From a virus (Duplodnaviria; Heunggongvirae; Uroviricota; Caudoviricetes), in IMG/VR virus record IMGVR_UViG_3300032155_000026, positions 12,916 through 76,915 of that record: 64,000 nucleotides of DNA; one strand, given 5' to 3'. The number at the start of each line of letters is the position of its first letter. Within the stretch, counting starts at the first letter, position 1. Positions 27,277-36,126 of this stretch are shown here, in pieces. The notes beneath the pieces were generated by a model, which saw only the letters and a program-made list of their open reading frames with translations, was not told the origin of the DNA and searched no databases. The position numbers and the translations under genes were made by a program.

Positions 27277-27586
27277 CGAGTTCGAGCTGTGGGCGAAGTC
27301 GGCGGTTCCGACCCGCTGGCTGACCCTGGGAGCGCCGGACGCCAAGGAGATCGTGGCCGCGGTCGAGAAACGACTGGCCGAGAAAAGCGATGAGATAAGG
27401 GCCCTGAAGCTGGCGCATGACCGACAGTCGGCGGCAGACCGAAAGCGCCTCGAAAGGATGGACGCGCGCCTTTGCGAGATGATCGACTGCGCGAGCTGGT
27501 CGAGTCGTTTGAGACGCTTGAGCACCTCGAATCCCAGACCGGGCAGGCGCGCGTTCGAGTGTCGTTTGACCTCGACTGCTACATGA
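27257..27586 (+). CDS. hypothetical protein, possibly frameshifted
   Basis: N-terminal 75 aa are protein-like. The frame-1 continuation 27421..27645 (LRELVESFETLEHL...) reads better than this frame's tail. Confidence 0.3.
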   Translation: MTVDRFDEFELWAKSAVPTRWLTLGAPDAKEIVAAVEKRLAEKSDEIRALKLAHDRQSAADRKRLERMDARLCEMIDCASWSSRLRRLSTSNPRPGRRAFECRLTSTAT

Positions 27587-27634
27587 GGCTCGGCGACGTG
27601 CTCGTGCGGATGTCGTCCGATGGAGGTGCTGAAG

Positions 27635-27811
27635 ATGATCGTTGACATTCACGATGTGTGTCCGTCCATGCGTTCCCTGGCCGAGACTGCCAGACGCGCG
27701 TACCTGGCTGGGTGCTCACGGATCGCGGCGGCGCTCCTGAAAGCTGGACACGCTCGCTACGGTGCCGTGTTCGCGGCGGCGTACTGGAACGCCAAGCGGC
27801 AGCTGGGGTAG
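27635..27811 (+). CDS. small hypothetical protein
   Basis: ATG 27635 after GGAGGTG (track start 27620). Confidence 0.35.
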   Translation: MIVDIHDVCPSMRSLAETARRAYLAGCSRIAAALLKAGHARYGAVFAAAYWNAKRQLG

Positions 27812-27813
27812 CC

Positions 27814-27831
27814 CGTGCAATCGATTGCACC
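27814..27831. repeat. palindrome copy 8 (perfect 16 core)
   Basis: Directly after the TAG stop at 27811. Confidence 0.9.
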
Positions 27832-28258
27832 GGAAGGTTGGCCGTCTAGGTGGGTTGAGTGTGAAGACGCCAGATGGCTCATGCCTGACTGCGACCCGCG
27901 CGACGTTGGGCAGCTTACGCGACTGGCAGACTTCCTCGAAACGCGCCGAGCGCTTTGGCTCCCGCCACTCGACTTGTTGCTCAAGACCAGAGGGCTGGTC
28001 CGGCGCGGCGAAACGGCATACTTTGCGCGCGCGCTTGGTGACGACTCCCTGGTCGACTCCATGCTTCCGTGGCTGTCTAGCAGGGAGGGCGTGTACATTG
28101 AGGAACGCATCCCGCGCCCCAAGGGGCCCGCTTTCGTGCTGCACGGGGACCAGGGTGAGTTTTTCTGGTATCCGGAGTGGTTCGCGCTCGCCCGCGAAGA
28201 CCTGCGGATGCGGGCTGACGTGGACAGGTTGCGCGCGGTCAGAAAGTTGAGACTCTGA
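27815..28258 (+). CDS. LPP-motif paralog family member P3 (start uncertain)
   Basis: ALWLPPLDLLLKTRG motif; ends VRKLRL*. The track start lies inside the palindrome, so the real start may be 27869 or 27881. Confidence 0.45.
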   Translation: MQSIAPEGWPSRWVECEDARWLMPDCDPRDVGQLTRLADFLETRRALWLPPLDLLLKTRGLVRRGETAYFARALGDDSLVDSMLPWLSSREGVYIEERIPRPKGPAFVLHGDQGEFFWYPEWFALAREDLRMRADVDRLRAVRKLRL

Positions 28259-28276
28259 CCCGCTACTGGAGGACGA

Positions 28277-28495
28277 ATGATTCGACAGACGTACGTGGTC
28301 ACGTTCGGTTTTGGGCAAATCCTGTCCGGATGCTATACCAAGGTGGTGGCATCCTCCAGGGACAAGGCCCAGGAGAGGGTCATTGACGAGTATGGCAGAC
28401 TGTGGTCGATGCTGTATGATTCCGAAGAGGCTGCTGGATGCGCGGAATACAACCTGAAGTTCGTGCCGTTCGGCACGCCCAATGGGAGGAGATGA
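28277..28495 (+). CDS. hypothetical protein
   Basis: GGAGGACGA-ATG; compact globular-looking 72 aa. Confidence 0.5.
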   Translation: MIRQTYVVTFGFGQILSGCYTKVVASSRDKAQERVIDEYGRLWSMLYDSEEAAGCAEYNLKFVPFGTPNGRR

Positions 28496-28496
28496 C

Positions 28497-29096
28497 ATGC
28501 GAGAGGGGCAGATGCTGCATGTGGACGCGGAGATACGCACGCAGGGCCCGTGCTTTATGGAGGTCGCAGGCCGGATCACCAAGGTTGAGACCGTGATGGA
28601 TCTGGTCGACGTCGTGCTGGCCTCGCGTGTCGGCGACGCGACGTGGAGGAAGCCGTTTGAAATGCGCGCTGAGGTTATGCGCGACCTTCTCGGGGTCCTG
28701 GAGGGGGGAGCGGCCGGGCGCCCGGAGACGTGGTTCCTCTCTGCCAGGGACTGCTACGAGGCGCAGCAGGAGCGCATGTGGCACCTGGCCAGGGCGTTCA
28801 GCAACCGCGGCTTTTCCGTGACCTGGCACGACGGGGAGGTTTTCTGGGCCAGTGTCCCGAAGTGGAAGGGCTGGATGTGGTTCCCGTCGTGCGGTCCGAA
28901 GGAGGCGACGGCTACCGTGTATGACATCGAGCAGGCGGCGCAGGCCGGAAGGAAGGGCATCCGGCAGCTGCTCCTGAACCTCAAGCGGGCCGTCGGCGAG
29001 GGGCCCGAGTTCGAGAAGGGGCTGCGCGCTACCGCGCGGGTGGTGGAATCCGTCCGCCGTGCGCTCGCGGACGCGGCACAGCCCATCGGGGGATAG
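28497..29096 (+). CDS. hypothetical protein
   Basis: ATG 28497 after GGGAGGAG, immediately after the upstream stop. Confidence 0.5.
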   Translation: MREGQMLHVDAEIRTQGPCFMEVAGRITKVETVMDLVDVVLASRVGDATWRKPFEMRAEVMRDLLGVLEGGAAGRPETWFLSARDCYEAQQERMWHLARAFSNRGFSVTWHDGEVFWASVPKWKGWMWFPSCGPKEATATVYDIEQAAQAGRKGIRQLLLNLKRAVGEGPEFEKGLRATARVVESVRRALADAAQPIGG

Positions 29097-29098
29097 TC

Positions 29099-29548
29099 AT
29101 GCGTGTGCCGCGCGAACCGACGCCGACCCCGTGCCTGCGTGCGGTGCGCTGGGGTGAGGCAACCTACATGATGTTGGCGGGCCCGAACGTCATGCAAGTC
29201 ATCGTCCGCAAATGGCCGGTCCTCCTCGCGCCTGTCGAACTGCTCGTACACCTTGAGGTGGTGAAGCCGTACGGAGCGCTTGGATGGCGTTCGCGCCTCC
29301 AGACGGGAGGGCCGGGCTGCCTGCTCACGACATTCATGATCGCCGAGATGGCCTGCATCGTGCAGCGTCTCGAGTTGTTTGACGGTGAGGTAGGACATCT
29401 GCACACGCGGGGCGTGCTCGTGTACGGTCGCGCGCCGTCCGGCAGACTAAGCCTCTCTTGCGATTCCGACTGGTTCTATCTGGCCCCAGGGTGCTACTCT
29501 AACGAGCCGTTGCGCGTGACGGAGTCGACCAGGCGGCTGCGCGTGTAA
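29099..29548 (+). CDS. LPP-motif paralog family member P4
   Basis: WPVLLAPVELLVHLEVV motif; ends TRRLRV*. Confidence 0.5.
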   Translation: MRVPREPTPTPCLRAVRWGEATYMMLAGPNVMQVIVRKWPVLLAPVELLVHLEVVKPYGALGWRSRLQTGGPGCLLTTFMIAEMACIVQRLELFDGEVGHLHTRGVLVYGRAPSGRLSLSCDSDWFYLAPGCYSNEPLRVTESTRRLRV

Positions 29549-29563
29549 CTGGAGGTGGCGTTC

Positions 29564-30013
29564 ATGGAATGGGTTGCACTGCACAGGACGATGGTTGAGT
29601 TTGGGCTCCCCCTGGCGCTCTGCATAGCGGGATGGTGGTTCTTGTGGCCCCACCGAAGGAATCGCCTGGAGAGGCCAGAACCCGAGACGCTTGAGCAATG
29701 CAGGGCGCAGTTGGAGCGTATCGCGGCGGCGCCTGGCGATACTGAAGAAGACTGGGTGCTCTTCGTGGCGAAGGGCGGGACGCTGCATGCCCACGGAAAG
29801 GCTAACGCGCGGGTGCGTGCGATATTTCTGTGCGAGCTGCTGAGTGTCTGCGACCCGGCGGTCTGCGCGCTTGTGTTCTCCGAGCACGCGGGGCGGCAGA
29901 TCCAGGCCCGGCAATTCGAGGAGTTGATGACCGGGGCACCTGCCGAGGCGTCCCCGGATAAACCGACGGCTGCCCGGAAGGCGTGTCCGCAAGACAGACT
30001 GCTGCGGCTGTAA
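29564..30013 (+). CDS. LPP-motif paralog family member P5 (weaker)
   Basis: EFGLPLALCIAGWW; ends DRLLRL*. ATG 29564 after GGAGGTGG (track GTG 29555). Confidence 0.45.
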   Translation: MEWVALHRTMVEFGLPLALCIAGWWFLWPHRRNRLERPEPETLEQCRAQLERIAAAPGDTEEDWVLFVAKGGTLHAHGKANARVRAIFLCELLSVCDPAVCALVFSEHAGRQIQARQFEELMTGAPAEASPDKPTAARKACPQDRLLRL

Positions 30014-30061
30014 TTTGCTGGAACGGCGCCTGATGTTATTGTCAGACATGGAGGACGTGTA

Positions 30062-30490
30062 ATGCCGTTTGATCTTCCACCGTTCGATGGGCTGCTAACG
30101 GGACGCTGGAGTAGCGGCCCAACGCGGTTCCAGTGGATGCCTCGCAGCCTCGACGCGGTTGACTACGAACCCTTTGTGATGGACGCAGTGCGCCCTCGCG
30201 CTAAATGGGATCGTGCAGCCGTTGCCAGAGAGCTGCACGACATCAAAGAGCGCCTGCAGATGCTCGCCGAGCACGCCAGTCTGACGTCCCAGGATGGAGT
30301 GTCGTGGCAGTTCATCTACGGAGACGAGAACGACGCACAGATAATCGGCTTTGGCCATACCACGGCACGGGTGGCGCTCCTGCGCAGAGCGTGTCGTGTG
30401 CATCGTGGATTCCGCAGACTCTTACGCCGTGTCCTGCGCTTGGATAGCGCCGAGCGCGTCGAGGGAGGCTCGCGTGTTCTGCGACTCTGA
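30062..30490 (+). CDS. LPP-motif paralog family member P6
   Basis: MPFDLPPFDGLLTGRW N-terminus; ends SRVLRL*. Confidence 0.5.
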   Translation: MPFDLPPFDGLLTGRWSSGPTRFQWMPRSLDAVDYEPFVMDAVRPRAKWDRAAVARELHDIKERLQMLAEHASLTSQDGVSWQFIYGDENDAQIIGFGHTTARVALLRRACRVHRGFRRLLRRVLRLDSAERVEGGSRVLRL

Positions 30491-30941
30491 TTTTCCTGAG
30501 TCGTTCAACCACGACGACGTGCGAAATGCGTACAAGGCGTGGCCCACGACGTGGGTGCGTGCCAGGTCAGGCCCAGCCGTGCTGATGCTCCGCAGACCTG
30601 TTCTGGTGACCGCGCGTGCTCTGCCAGTCGTACGGTTCTTGCCCCCGAAGGCCTGGCTTCTGGAAACCGGGCGGCTGCGCAGCGATATGATTACCTTGTG
30701 GAACTTCATGTATGCCAGGCGGGACGCGACTCGGTGCTGTGTCATGACCCTCGTCGACGTTGTGAGCGCTGATCGCGTGTATTGGAATTCTATCAACGAC
30801 GACCAGCGGCCTTTTTTGTTACGACCATCGTTGGGTCGGGCTGGCGTGGCGGGCGTATGTTCGGACGGACTCCCTGGCGCGGGTTCGGCGACTGCGTCTG
30901 TAGTGCAATCGATTGCACCAGACCGTGCCAGGAAGCTATGA
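30474..30941 (+). CDS. LPP-motif paralog family member P7
   Basis: GTG 30474 after GGGAGG. VVRFLPPKAWLLETGRL motif. C-terminus runs into palindrome #9. Confidence 0.45.
   Translation: MFCDSDFPESFNHDDVRNAYKAWPTTWVRARSGPAVLMLRRPVLVTARALPVVRFLPPKAWLLETGRLRSDMITLWNFMYARRDATRCCVMTLVDVVSADRVYWNSINDDQRPFLLRPSLGRAGVAGVCSDGLPGAGSATASVVQSIAPDRARKL
30902..30919. repeat. palindrome copy 9
   Basis: At the 3' end of P7, before gene 30966. Confidence 0.9.
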
Positions 30942-30965
30942 TGAAGAAAAAAGAGGTTTGACCAG

Positions 30966-31892
30966 ATGGCGAAACGGTACATCGACGAGCGACTTTCCTA
31001 CGCCCGCTGCAACACGCTTTGGAAAGAGCGAGAAGCCCACGTGGTCAAGGTGAACAGCAAGGGAGACTATGGCATCCGTCTGATGGATCGCACCTACCTG
31101 ATCAAATCCAGACGGGTGGACTGGAAGAAGGCGTACCGCCCGGTCTGGCAGGTCGTGTGGACCACCGGGATTCCGATCATCACGTTCTACCCGTGCGGCA
31201 CGATCGAGCTGCCCATGAACGCTCCAATCCGTGCGCGGCGGATGTGGTCGTTTCGGCAGCGCCGCTACGCGCTGAAAGGATACGACGCGAGCATCTGGGG
31301 TAGCGGCTACCACCAGCGCTTTCTGGCGTATTGGCGTTCGTGCCGGATTTCCCACAGGGTGCAGACGCACTATCTGTATCCGTGGATCGCGGAGAATTTC
31401 ACGAACGAGACGGACCGGTACGTGGTCAGGTTTCGGTTCGACGGGAGCACGCCCATCCCGGTCGGGCGCTTTTCCGAGAGCGCGCGCCTGGAGTATAGGC
31501 ACCGGCTCGTCATACGCTGCGACGCGGCAGGGCGCCTGCAGCATGTCGAATACGGCGACTCGGTCGCACAACCCTGTGTGGTGGTCGTTAAGGAGTCCGG
31601 AGAGCGTTTCCTCCCCAAGCTGGTCAAGCGAAAGACGACCTGGACCATGCATAGCATACTCGAGCAGGACGACTTTCTTGAGGAAGCCGTGGAGGAGTAC
31701 GTGGACGCGCGGGAATCCGCAGCGATGGCCGTACTCCTGAAGGCGTTCGTCCAGGGCCGGAGCACTGCGCGCGGGTGGGAGTTCCGGAATCTCGCCGAAG
31801 ATCTGTGGCGCAAGGCCAGGAAGCAGGCTGAGCATGAGTATCCGGAGAAGTTCGTGTCGCGTGGGAAGGAGAGGAGATTGCGCATATGCTGA
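30966..31892 (+). CDS. hypothetical protein (308 aa)
   Basis: Track ORF; W/Y/R-rich globular composition. Confidence 0.55.
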   Translation: MAKRYIDERLSYARCNTLWKEREAHVVKVNSKGDYGIRLMDRTYLIKSRRVDWKKAYRPVWQVVWTTGIPIITFYPCGTIELPMNAPIRARRMWSFRQRRYALKGYDASIWGSGYHQRFLAYWRSCRISHRVQTHYLYPWIAENFTNETDRYVVRFRFDGSTPIPVGRFSESARLEYRHRLVIRCDAAGRLQHVEYGDSVAQPCVVVVKESGERFLPKLVKRKTTWTMHSILEQDDFLEEAVEEYVDARESAAMAVLLKAFVQGRSTARGWEFRNLAEDLWRKARKQAEHEYPEKFVSRGKERRLRIC

Positions 31893-32170
31893 CGAGCAGT
31901 GACATTCAGCGCCTGAACGACCGCCTTGCCGCGGTCACCGATCGGGTGTGCCTGCGCCTCCCTTTGGAGGAGACCGAGGCGGTGCTGCGTGCGATGGGCG
32001 CCACCCCGGCGTGCCCCCTCGCAGAAGTCGTGGCCGGGGCCGGGGAGGCCGGGCAGGTGTGGTGTGCCGTTCTCGAGGATGGGGCGGATGCAGGACTCCA
32101 ACTCGAGCTGCGCTGGAAAACGCTGGCAGGGTCGGCCACCTACGCGATGGCGCGTGTGAAGAGAAATTAG
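31886..32170 (+). CDS. hypothetical protein
   Basis: ATG overlapping the upstream stop. Confidence 0.45.
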   Translation: MLTSSDIQRLNDRLAAVTDRVCLRLPLEETEAVLRAMGATPACPLAEVVAGAGEAGQVWCAVLEDGADAGLQLELRWKTLAGSATYAMARVKRN

Positions 32171-32320
32171 GCGCACACATTTGGCGTCTCCAGAGTTTTC
32201 GAGATCCAGGCCCTATAATCCTCTGTGAGACAGGCGAATTGCTTTTCCTGGGCGGGCCGCTCCACTGGGATTTCGAGCGCCCGCGCGTTCAAAAAATATT
32301 GATTTTGCGAGATTCTACTG

Positions 32321-32348
32321 TTGACGTACCGGTGCCTCCTGGTACACT
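32321..32348 (+). promoter_or_regulatory. promoter module C (TTGACG-N16-TACACT), 6 nt before conserved ATGGGAATCATTCAACAAA
   Basis: Near-identical to module A over about 90 nt (ttcaaaaaatNTNgattttgNgag...ttgacg). Confidence 0.55.
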
Positions 32349-32354
32349 GAAGTT

Positions 32355-32663
32355 ATGGGAATCATTCAACAAATGGAGGAAATCATGGAACCGCTGAAGT
32401 GCCCCCACTGCCAGAAGCCCATCCCGGAAGAGGCCCTGCGTGAGGAACCCGCCAACGTGGTCGAGTTCCGTGGCGCGCTGCTGCCGATCTCCACCACGAG
32501 CGCCCTGTGGTGCTGCGGAGGAGACATACACATGCGCATCGAGATGGTGGACGGGACGCCCACCGTCACCGAGGTGTACCCGGTGCCGGATGAGCTGTCG
32601 CTGCCCGCGTCCGAAGAGGCGCTGATGACCAAGCTCGGACTGACCTACGAGGATTTCCAGTGA
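32355..32663 (+). CDS. zinc-ribbon protein (CPHC...CC); alternative SD start 32385
   Basis: Conserved ATG in frame. GGAGGAAATC-ATG at 32385. Confidence 0.5.
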   Translation: MGIIQQMEEIMEPLKCPHCQKPIPEEALREEPANVVEFRGALLPISTTSALWCCGGDIHMRIEMVDGTPTVTEVYPVPDELSLPASEEALMTKLGLTYEDFQ

Positions 32664-32679
32664 TTGCCACCGGTGCAAT

Positions 32680-32701
32680 CGATTGCACCGGGCGTACTCC
32701 T
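32680..32701. repeat. palindrome copy 10, 22-bp perfect CCGGTGCAATCGATTGCACCGG
   Basis: After the stop at 32663. Confidence 0.9.
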
Positions 32702-32737
32702 GAAGAGGCGCCCGGTGCACAACCCGCAGGAGAAGAG

Positions 32738-33079
32738 ATGATGCTGACCGCAACGAAGTTGCCGGTGTACAGAGTAGGCGGTGGCCTGCGCATCCGCCAG
32801 GCCGTGCGCATGGCGATCTGCGAGCGCCTGTCAGACCTGACCAGTGGATTGCACCCCAGCGTCCCGCTGGACGAGATGTTCGAGGTCTGCCGGGCCGTCG
32901 GCCTGGAGGCCGTGGACGAAGCGCAGGAGCCCTGGAGCGGCCTCCTCTGCGGAAGAGAGGGCAGGGCGAGCATCGCCCTCCTGTCTCTGGATTTCGGGGA
33001 GGTGGTGGAGGAGCACCTGCAGGTGTCCTGGTACCGGCTGGAAAGCGGGCGGTTCGAAGTGACCGCCTACGTGCTCTAG
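32738..33079 (+). CDS. hypothetical protein
   Basis: GGAGAAGAG-ATG 32738 in track frame. Confidence 0.5.
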   Translation: MMLTATKLPVYRVGGGLRIRQAVRMAICERLSDLTSGLHPSVPLDEMFEVCRAVGLEAVDEAQEPWSGLLCGREGRASIALLSLDFGEVVEEHLQVSWYRLESGRFEVTAYVL

Positions 33080-33092
33080 GAGGAAGCCGTGG

Positions 33093-33221
33093 GTGAGCGA
33101 CACGGTGTCCTACGCGTTGCTGCAAGACATTGTGGAGCTTTCAGCAGAGCTAGATATGGAGTGCCCGCTTCAGGAATATCTGGACGACTACGACGAGATT
33201 ATTGACCACGAGGGAGGATGA
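33093..33221 (+). CDS. small acidic peptide (42 aa)
   Basis: GTG after GGAGGAAGCC. Clean acidic ORF ...LQEYLDDYDEIIDHEGG. Confidence 0.3.
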   Translation: MSDTVSYALLQDIVELSAELDMECPLQEYLDDYDEIIDHEGG

Positions 33222-33224
33222 ACA

Positions 33225-33473
33225 ATGGCGAGCAAGCGACATCTGCGACGCAAGAGTTGTCAGGGGAAGGCCAGACACGCCAGCGAGGAGAACGCGTGGA
33301 AGGCCGTGGATGGGACACAGGATGTGACCGGCACGATCGGCCTGACGCCGTACAAATGCGCGTTTTGTGGCTGGTGGCACATAGGGCATAATAGAGGAAA
33401 GGTGATCGCTGACCGCTGCGGTCACTCGCAGAAAGCGGCAGCCAGCGGCCAACTGCACGGCGGTCGGGGATAG
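33225..33473 (+). CDS. zinc-finger-like small protein
   Basis: CQGK...CAFCGWWH...C..H pattern. Confidence 0.45.
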   Translation: MASKRHLRRKSCQGKARHASEENAWKAVDGTQDVTGTIGLTPYKCAFCGWWHIGHNRGKVIADRCGHSQKAAASGQLHGGRG

Positions 33474-33483
33474 GAGGACGATC

Positions 33484-33813
33484 ATGGCTTCTTTGCAAAA
33501 GACGATGTCTGGCGTTCCGCAGGTAGTGATGGCCGAAGGGTCCGTCATTCCGGTCCCACTGGTCGAGGCCGCGGTGTCGATGCTACTCGCGATTCCCGCT
33601 GATATTCTGGAAAGGGTTGCGGCGGCGATGGACAGAGCCAGCGTGGACGCGGAGCTGCTGGAGTATCCGCCTGCGCAGTATGGCGCGCGGGTGCTTCGCG
33701 ACTTCATGTCCGGGCGTCCGGTGGACGCGGAGCAATTCGTCGTGGTCTGCAACGCGGTTGCGCACGTGGTGGCGCCTACTTTCGGCAAAGAGTGCGGGGC
33801 CTGCCATGGCTGA
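33484..33813 (+). CDS. hypothetical protein
   Basis: GGAGGACGATC-ATG. Confidence 0.5.
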   Translation: MASLQKTMSGVPQVVMAEGSVIPVPLVEAAVSMLLAIPADILERVAAAMDRASVDAELLEYPPAQYGARVLRDFMSGRPVDAEQFVVVCNAVAHVVAPTFGKECGACHG

Positions 33814-34081
33814 GCGCGGAACACTCGCCCCCGGCGAACCCCACCCGGCGGCACGGCTGGCGCTCCTGTGGCTTCGGGCGTTCCCGCTCTCTGACCTCAT
33901 GGCTTGGCAGGAGGTTCTGGCCTCGACCGCCATAGAGGGCAACCGGATGGCCGAAGTCTGTGCGGAGACGCTGAGGCGCTTTATCGCTGGAGAGCCGGTG
34001 AGCGATCGATACCTGCTCGGGCTGGTTTGCGTGTTACGTGACCTGAACAGCCTGTGCGGTGCAACCGATTGCACGGAGTAA
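33810..34081 (+). CDS. hypothetical protein
   Basis: ATGGCTGA start/stop overlap. 3' end runs through palindrome #11. Confidence 0.45.
34058..34075. repeat. palindrome copy 11, variant ...CAACCGATTG...
   Basis: At the 3' end of gene 33810..34081. Confidence 0.8.
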
Positions 34082-34090
34082 GGTGGGTGT

Positions 34091-34510
34091 ATGGCGACCT
34101 GGTGCAGCTACCGAGCGACGTTTACGTTCCCGGATGTCAGTTCCGTTGCGCACGCGCTGGAACTCTGGACGCATTTCGAGTCCGGCCGGTATCAGGACTA
34201 TCATTTTGCGCAGCCCGACCAGGACCTGCCGTTCATGCTCCACTGCGAGAGTCGGGGCTACGGAGACATGGAGTCGTTGTTCTTCGACCTCGGAAGGCTG
34301 GCCCTGTTCGGGACCCTGGTGACCGCGGACGATGCGGAACACGGGGACTGCTCGTTCTTCGTCGGTCCGAATGACCGGGCGATACTGGCCGCGAAGAGGC
34401 TGGATGTCTGCCAACGGATTGAGGATCTGATGATGTCGTATGGGCAGCCAAGACCGAATGAGACTGACGCGTTCCTCAAACGGCTGAGGCTCCTCGCGGA
34501 GGACGTATGA
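34091..34510 (+). CDS. hypothetical protein
   Basis: Track ORF; globular composition. Confidence 0.5.
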   Translation: MATWCSYRATFTFPDVSSVAHALELWTHFESGRYQDYHFAQPDQDLPFMLHCESRGYGDMESLFFDLGRLALFGTLVTADDAEHGDCSFFVGPNDRAILAAKRLDVCQRIEDLMMSYGQPRPNETDAFLKRLRLLAEDV

Positions 34511-34782
34511 GGTGGTTGGTCATCCCGTTGGTGCTCGCCGCCCAGCTGGCCGTGGCTGAGGTGTCCTGGCGTCTCGGCAAGGCCGCAGGTGAGCGCGAGG
34601 CGGTCGTCGCGGCGCAGACCCGCGCTGAAGTGACGTGCGAGCAATATTTCGACGCTGTGTTGGATCTTCTCGCGATAGCCGACGAGCACACGACACGGCT
34701 GTCCGCTGTCGAAGAGGATCTGTCCGCCACGGTGCTGCGCATGGATGGCGCGCACCATGAGCTAGTCAGGAGGCCCAAGTGA
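34507..34782 (+). CDS. hypothetical protein with N-terminal hydrophobic helix
   Basis: ATGA overlap. WLVIPLVLAAQLAVA membrane/signal-like helix. Confidence 0.45.
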   Translation: MRWLVIPLVLAAQLAVAEVSWRLGKAAGEREAVVAAQTRAEVTCEQYFDAVLDLLAIADEHTTRLSAVEEDLSATVLRMDGAHHELVRRPK

Positions 34783-34985
34783 CGACGTGTTTCGTGATCT
34801 ACGGTTACGACGATGAGGACAACGCGCCCGTGCTGCTATGCACGGACAACAGGCGGGAGGCGGCGCAGTGCGCGCGTGACTACGGGGCCGTCGTGTACGA
34901 GTACGACAAGGTCGGTGGCCGGGTCGGCGGCAGCCTGTGCAATGGCCGGAGGGTCTGGCCGCGGGAGGGAAGTCGTGAAGAATGA
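34779..34985 (+). CDS. hypothetical protein
   Basis: GTGA overlap with the upstream gene. Confidence 0.4.
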   Translation: MTTCFVIYGYDDEDNAPVLLCTDNRREAAQCARDYGAVVYEYDKVGGRVGGSLCNGRRVWPREGSREE

Positions 34986-35124
34986 GCGTGTTCGCATCGC
35001 GCGCCTTTGGGCGAAGACGGTGGCGGCGGTGGCCGTGTGCGCGGCTGGCGCGTATTGCATGCACGTGACTGGCGGGGAGACGGGCATCGGCTGGGCGATT
35101 CTCGGCCTGATGATCATCTGGTAG
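34975..35124 (+). CDS. small membrane peptide
   Basis: GTG after GGGAGGGAAG. One TM segment (TVAAVAVCAAGAYC...WAILGLMIIW). Confidence 0.3.
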   Translation: MKNERVRIARLWAKTVAAVAVCAAGAYCMHVTGGETGIGWAILGLMIIW

Positions 35125-35145
35125 AATGAAGGCAGGAGGAAAATC

Positions 35146-36126
35146 ATGCCCTGCGTGACATACATGGACGATTTCGAGTATATCGAGTTGCGCTATGCGA
35201 TGGACCCTGAAATGCGGAAGCTGTGCGACGAAGTCCGGGACCTCACCGGCATGGTGTTTGCCGTCGGCAAGACGACGCAGGCGGTCGGGAGGTCAGGCGT
35301 GTGGCCGTTCCGGAAGACGGACACGCTGGAGCGGTACACCGTGTACCTGCGGCTGCCTGACACCCCGGAAGCGCAGTGTATCAACCTGCTGACCGGGCTG
35401 GGAGGTGGGTACAGTCGGGCTGAGGCCGGCGCGTTCCTGATCGGCGTACGGCTCCTGGCGAGTTCAGGAAGGCACCGGGGGCGTAGGCGCGAAAGGGGCG
35501 TGCCCCTGCGCGACGCGGAGGACGGCGCCGGTGGCATGGCAAGCGTCGAGCTCACCGGGCGGCAGATCGCAGAGCTTCACGCCCTGGTGGGCGACGACCC
35601 CACGGCGCCCGTCACTGTGCACAGGGCCCCCATGGGGCACTCCGGCCCTGGCCTGTACGCATGGTTCTCGGAGAACACGGAAGAGGGGGCTGTCTTTTTG
35701 GGCGGTGCCTCCGACGTTCGCCCCTGCTCTTTCACGGAAGAGTGGTGTATCTCCCGTGCTCGATCCGAGGGGGCCAGCGACCCGACCACTGGACAACCGG
35801 AGGCAGCCGGTTCCCGCCCCTGCACCTGCGGAGAGAGGCCGAGCATGATGCAATGCCAGGACTGTCTGCCGGGCAGTGAGGCGCCGGAAGGCACGTACTG
35901 TTCGGACGGCGAGCACCCCGGATGTGTGTGCACTGACGGTGCGTGGCCTGCGTGCAAGAAAGACGTTCGTGCCGCCGACAACTTGAGGGCCGTGATCACC
36001 CAGATGCGTGATGTCGTCCGCGAGGCCGATGAAGAGCTGCACGCCACCGCGTACGCCGTCCACCGCAAGCTGCAGGCGCTCTTGGCGCAGACGGCCGAGC
36101 TGAGCATGGGAGGCGACAATGAGTGA
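35146..36126 (+). CDS. hypothetical protein (326 aa), Cys-rich C-terminal half
   Basis: GGAGGAAAATC-ATG; multiple Cys pairs (CTCG...CQDC...CVCTDGAWPAC). Confidence 0.55.
   Translation: MPCVTYMDDFEYIELRYAMDPEMRKLCDEVRDLTGMVFAVGKTTQAVGRSGVWPFRKTDTLERYTVYLRLPDTPEAQCINLLTGLGGGYSRAEAGAFLIGVRLLASSGRHRGRRRERGVPLRDAEDGAGGMASVELTGRQIAELHALVGDDPTAPVTVHRAPMGHSGPGLYAWFSENTEEGAVFLGGASDVRPCSFTEEWCISRARSEGASDPTTGQPEAAGSRPCTCGERPSMMQCQDCLPGSEAPEGTYCSDGEHPGCVCTDGAWPACKKDVRAADNLRAVITQMRDVVREADEELHATAYAVHRKLQALLAQTAELSMGGDNE

Noticed and set aside
27815-27830. MQSIAP... and ...CNRLH... ORF starts or ends reported in the track at many positions
   Set aside because: These are translations of the GTGCAATCGATTGCAC palindrome in different frames (GTG within the repeat read as a start). 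They are not independent evidence for genes.
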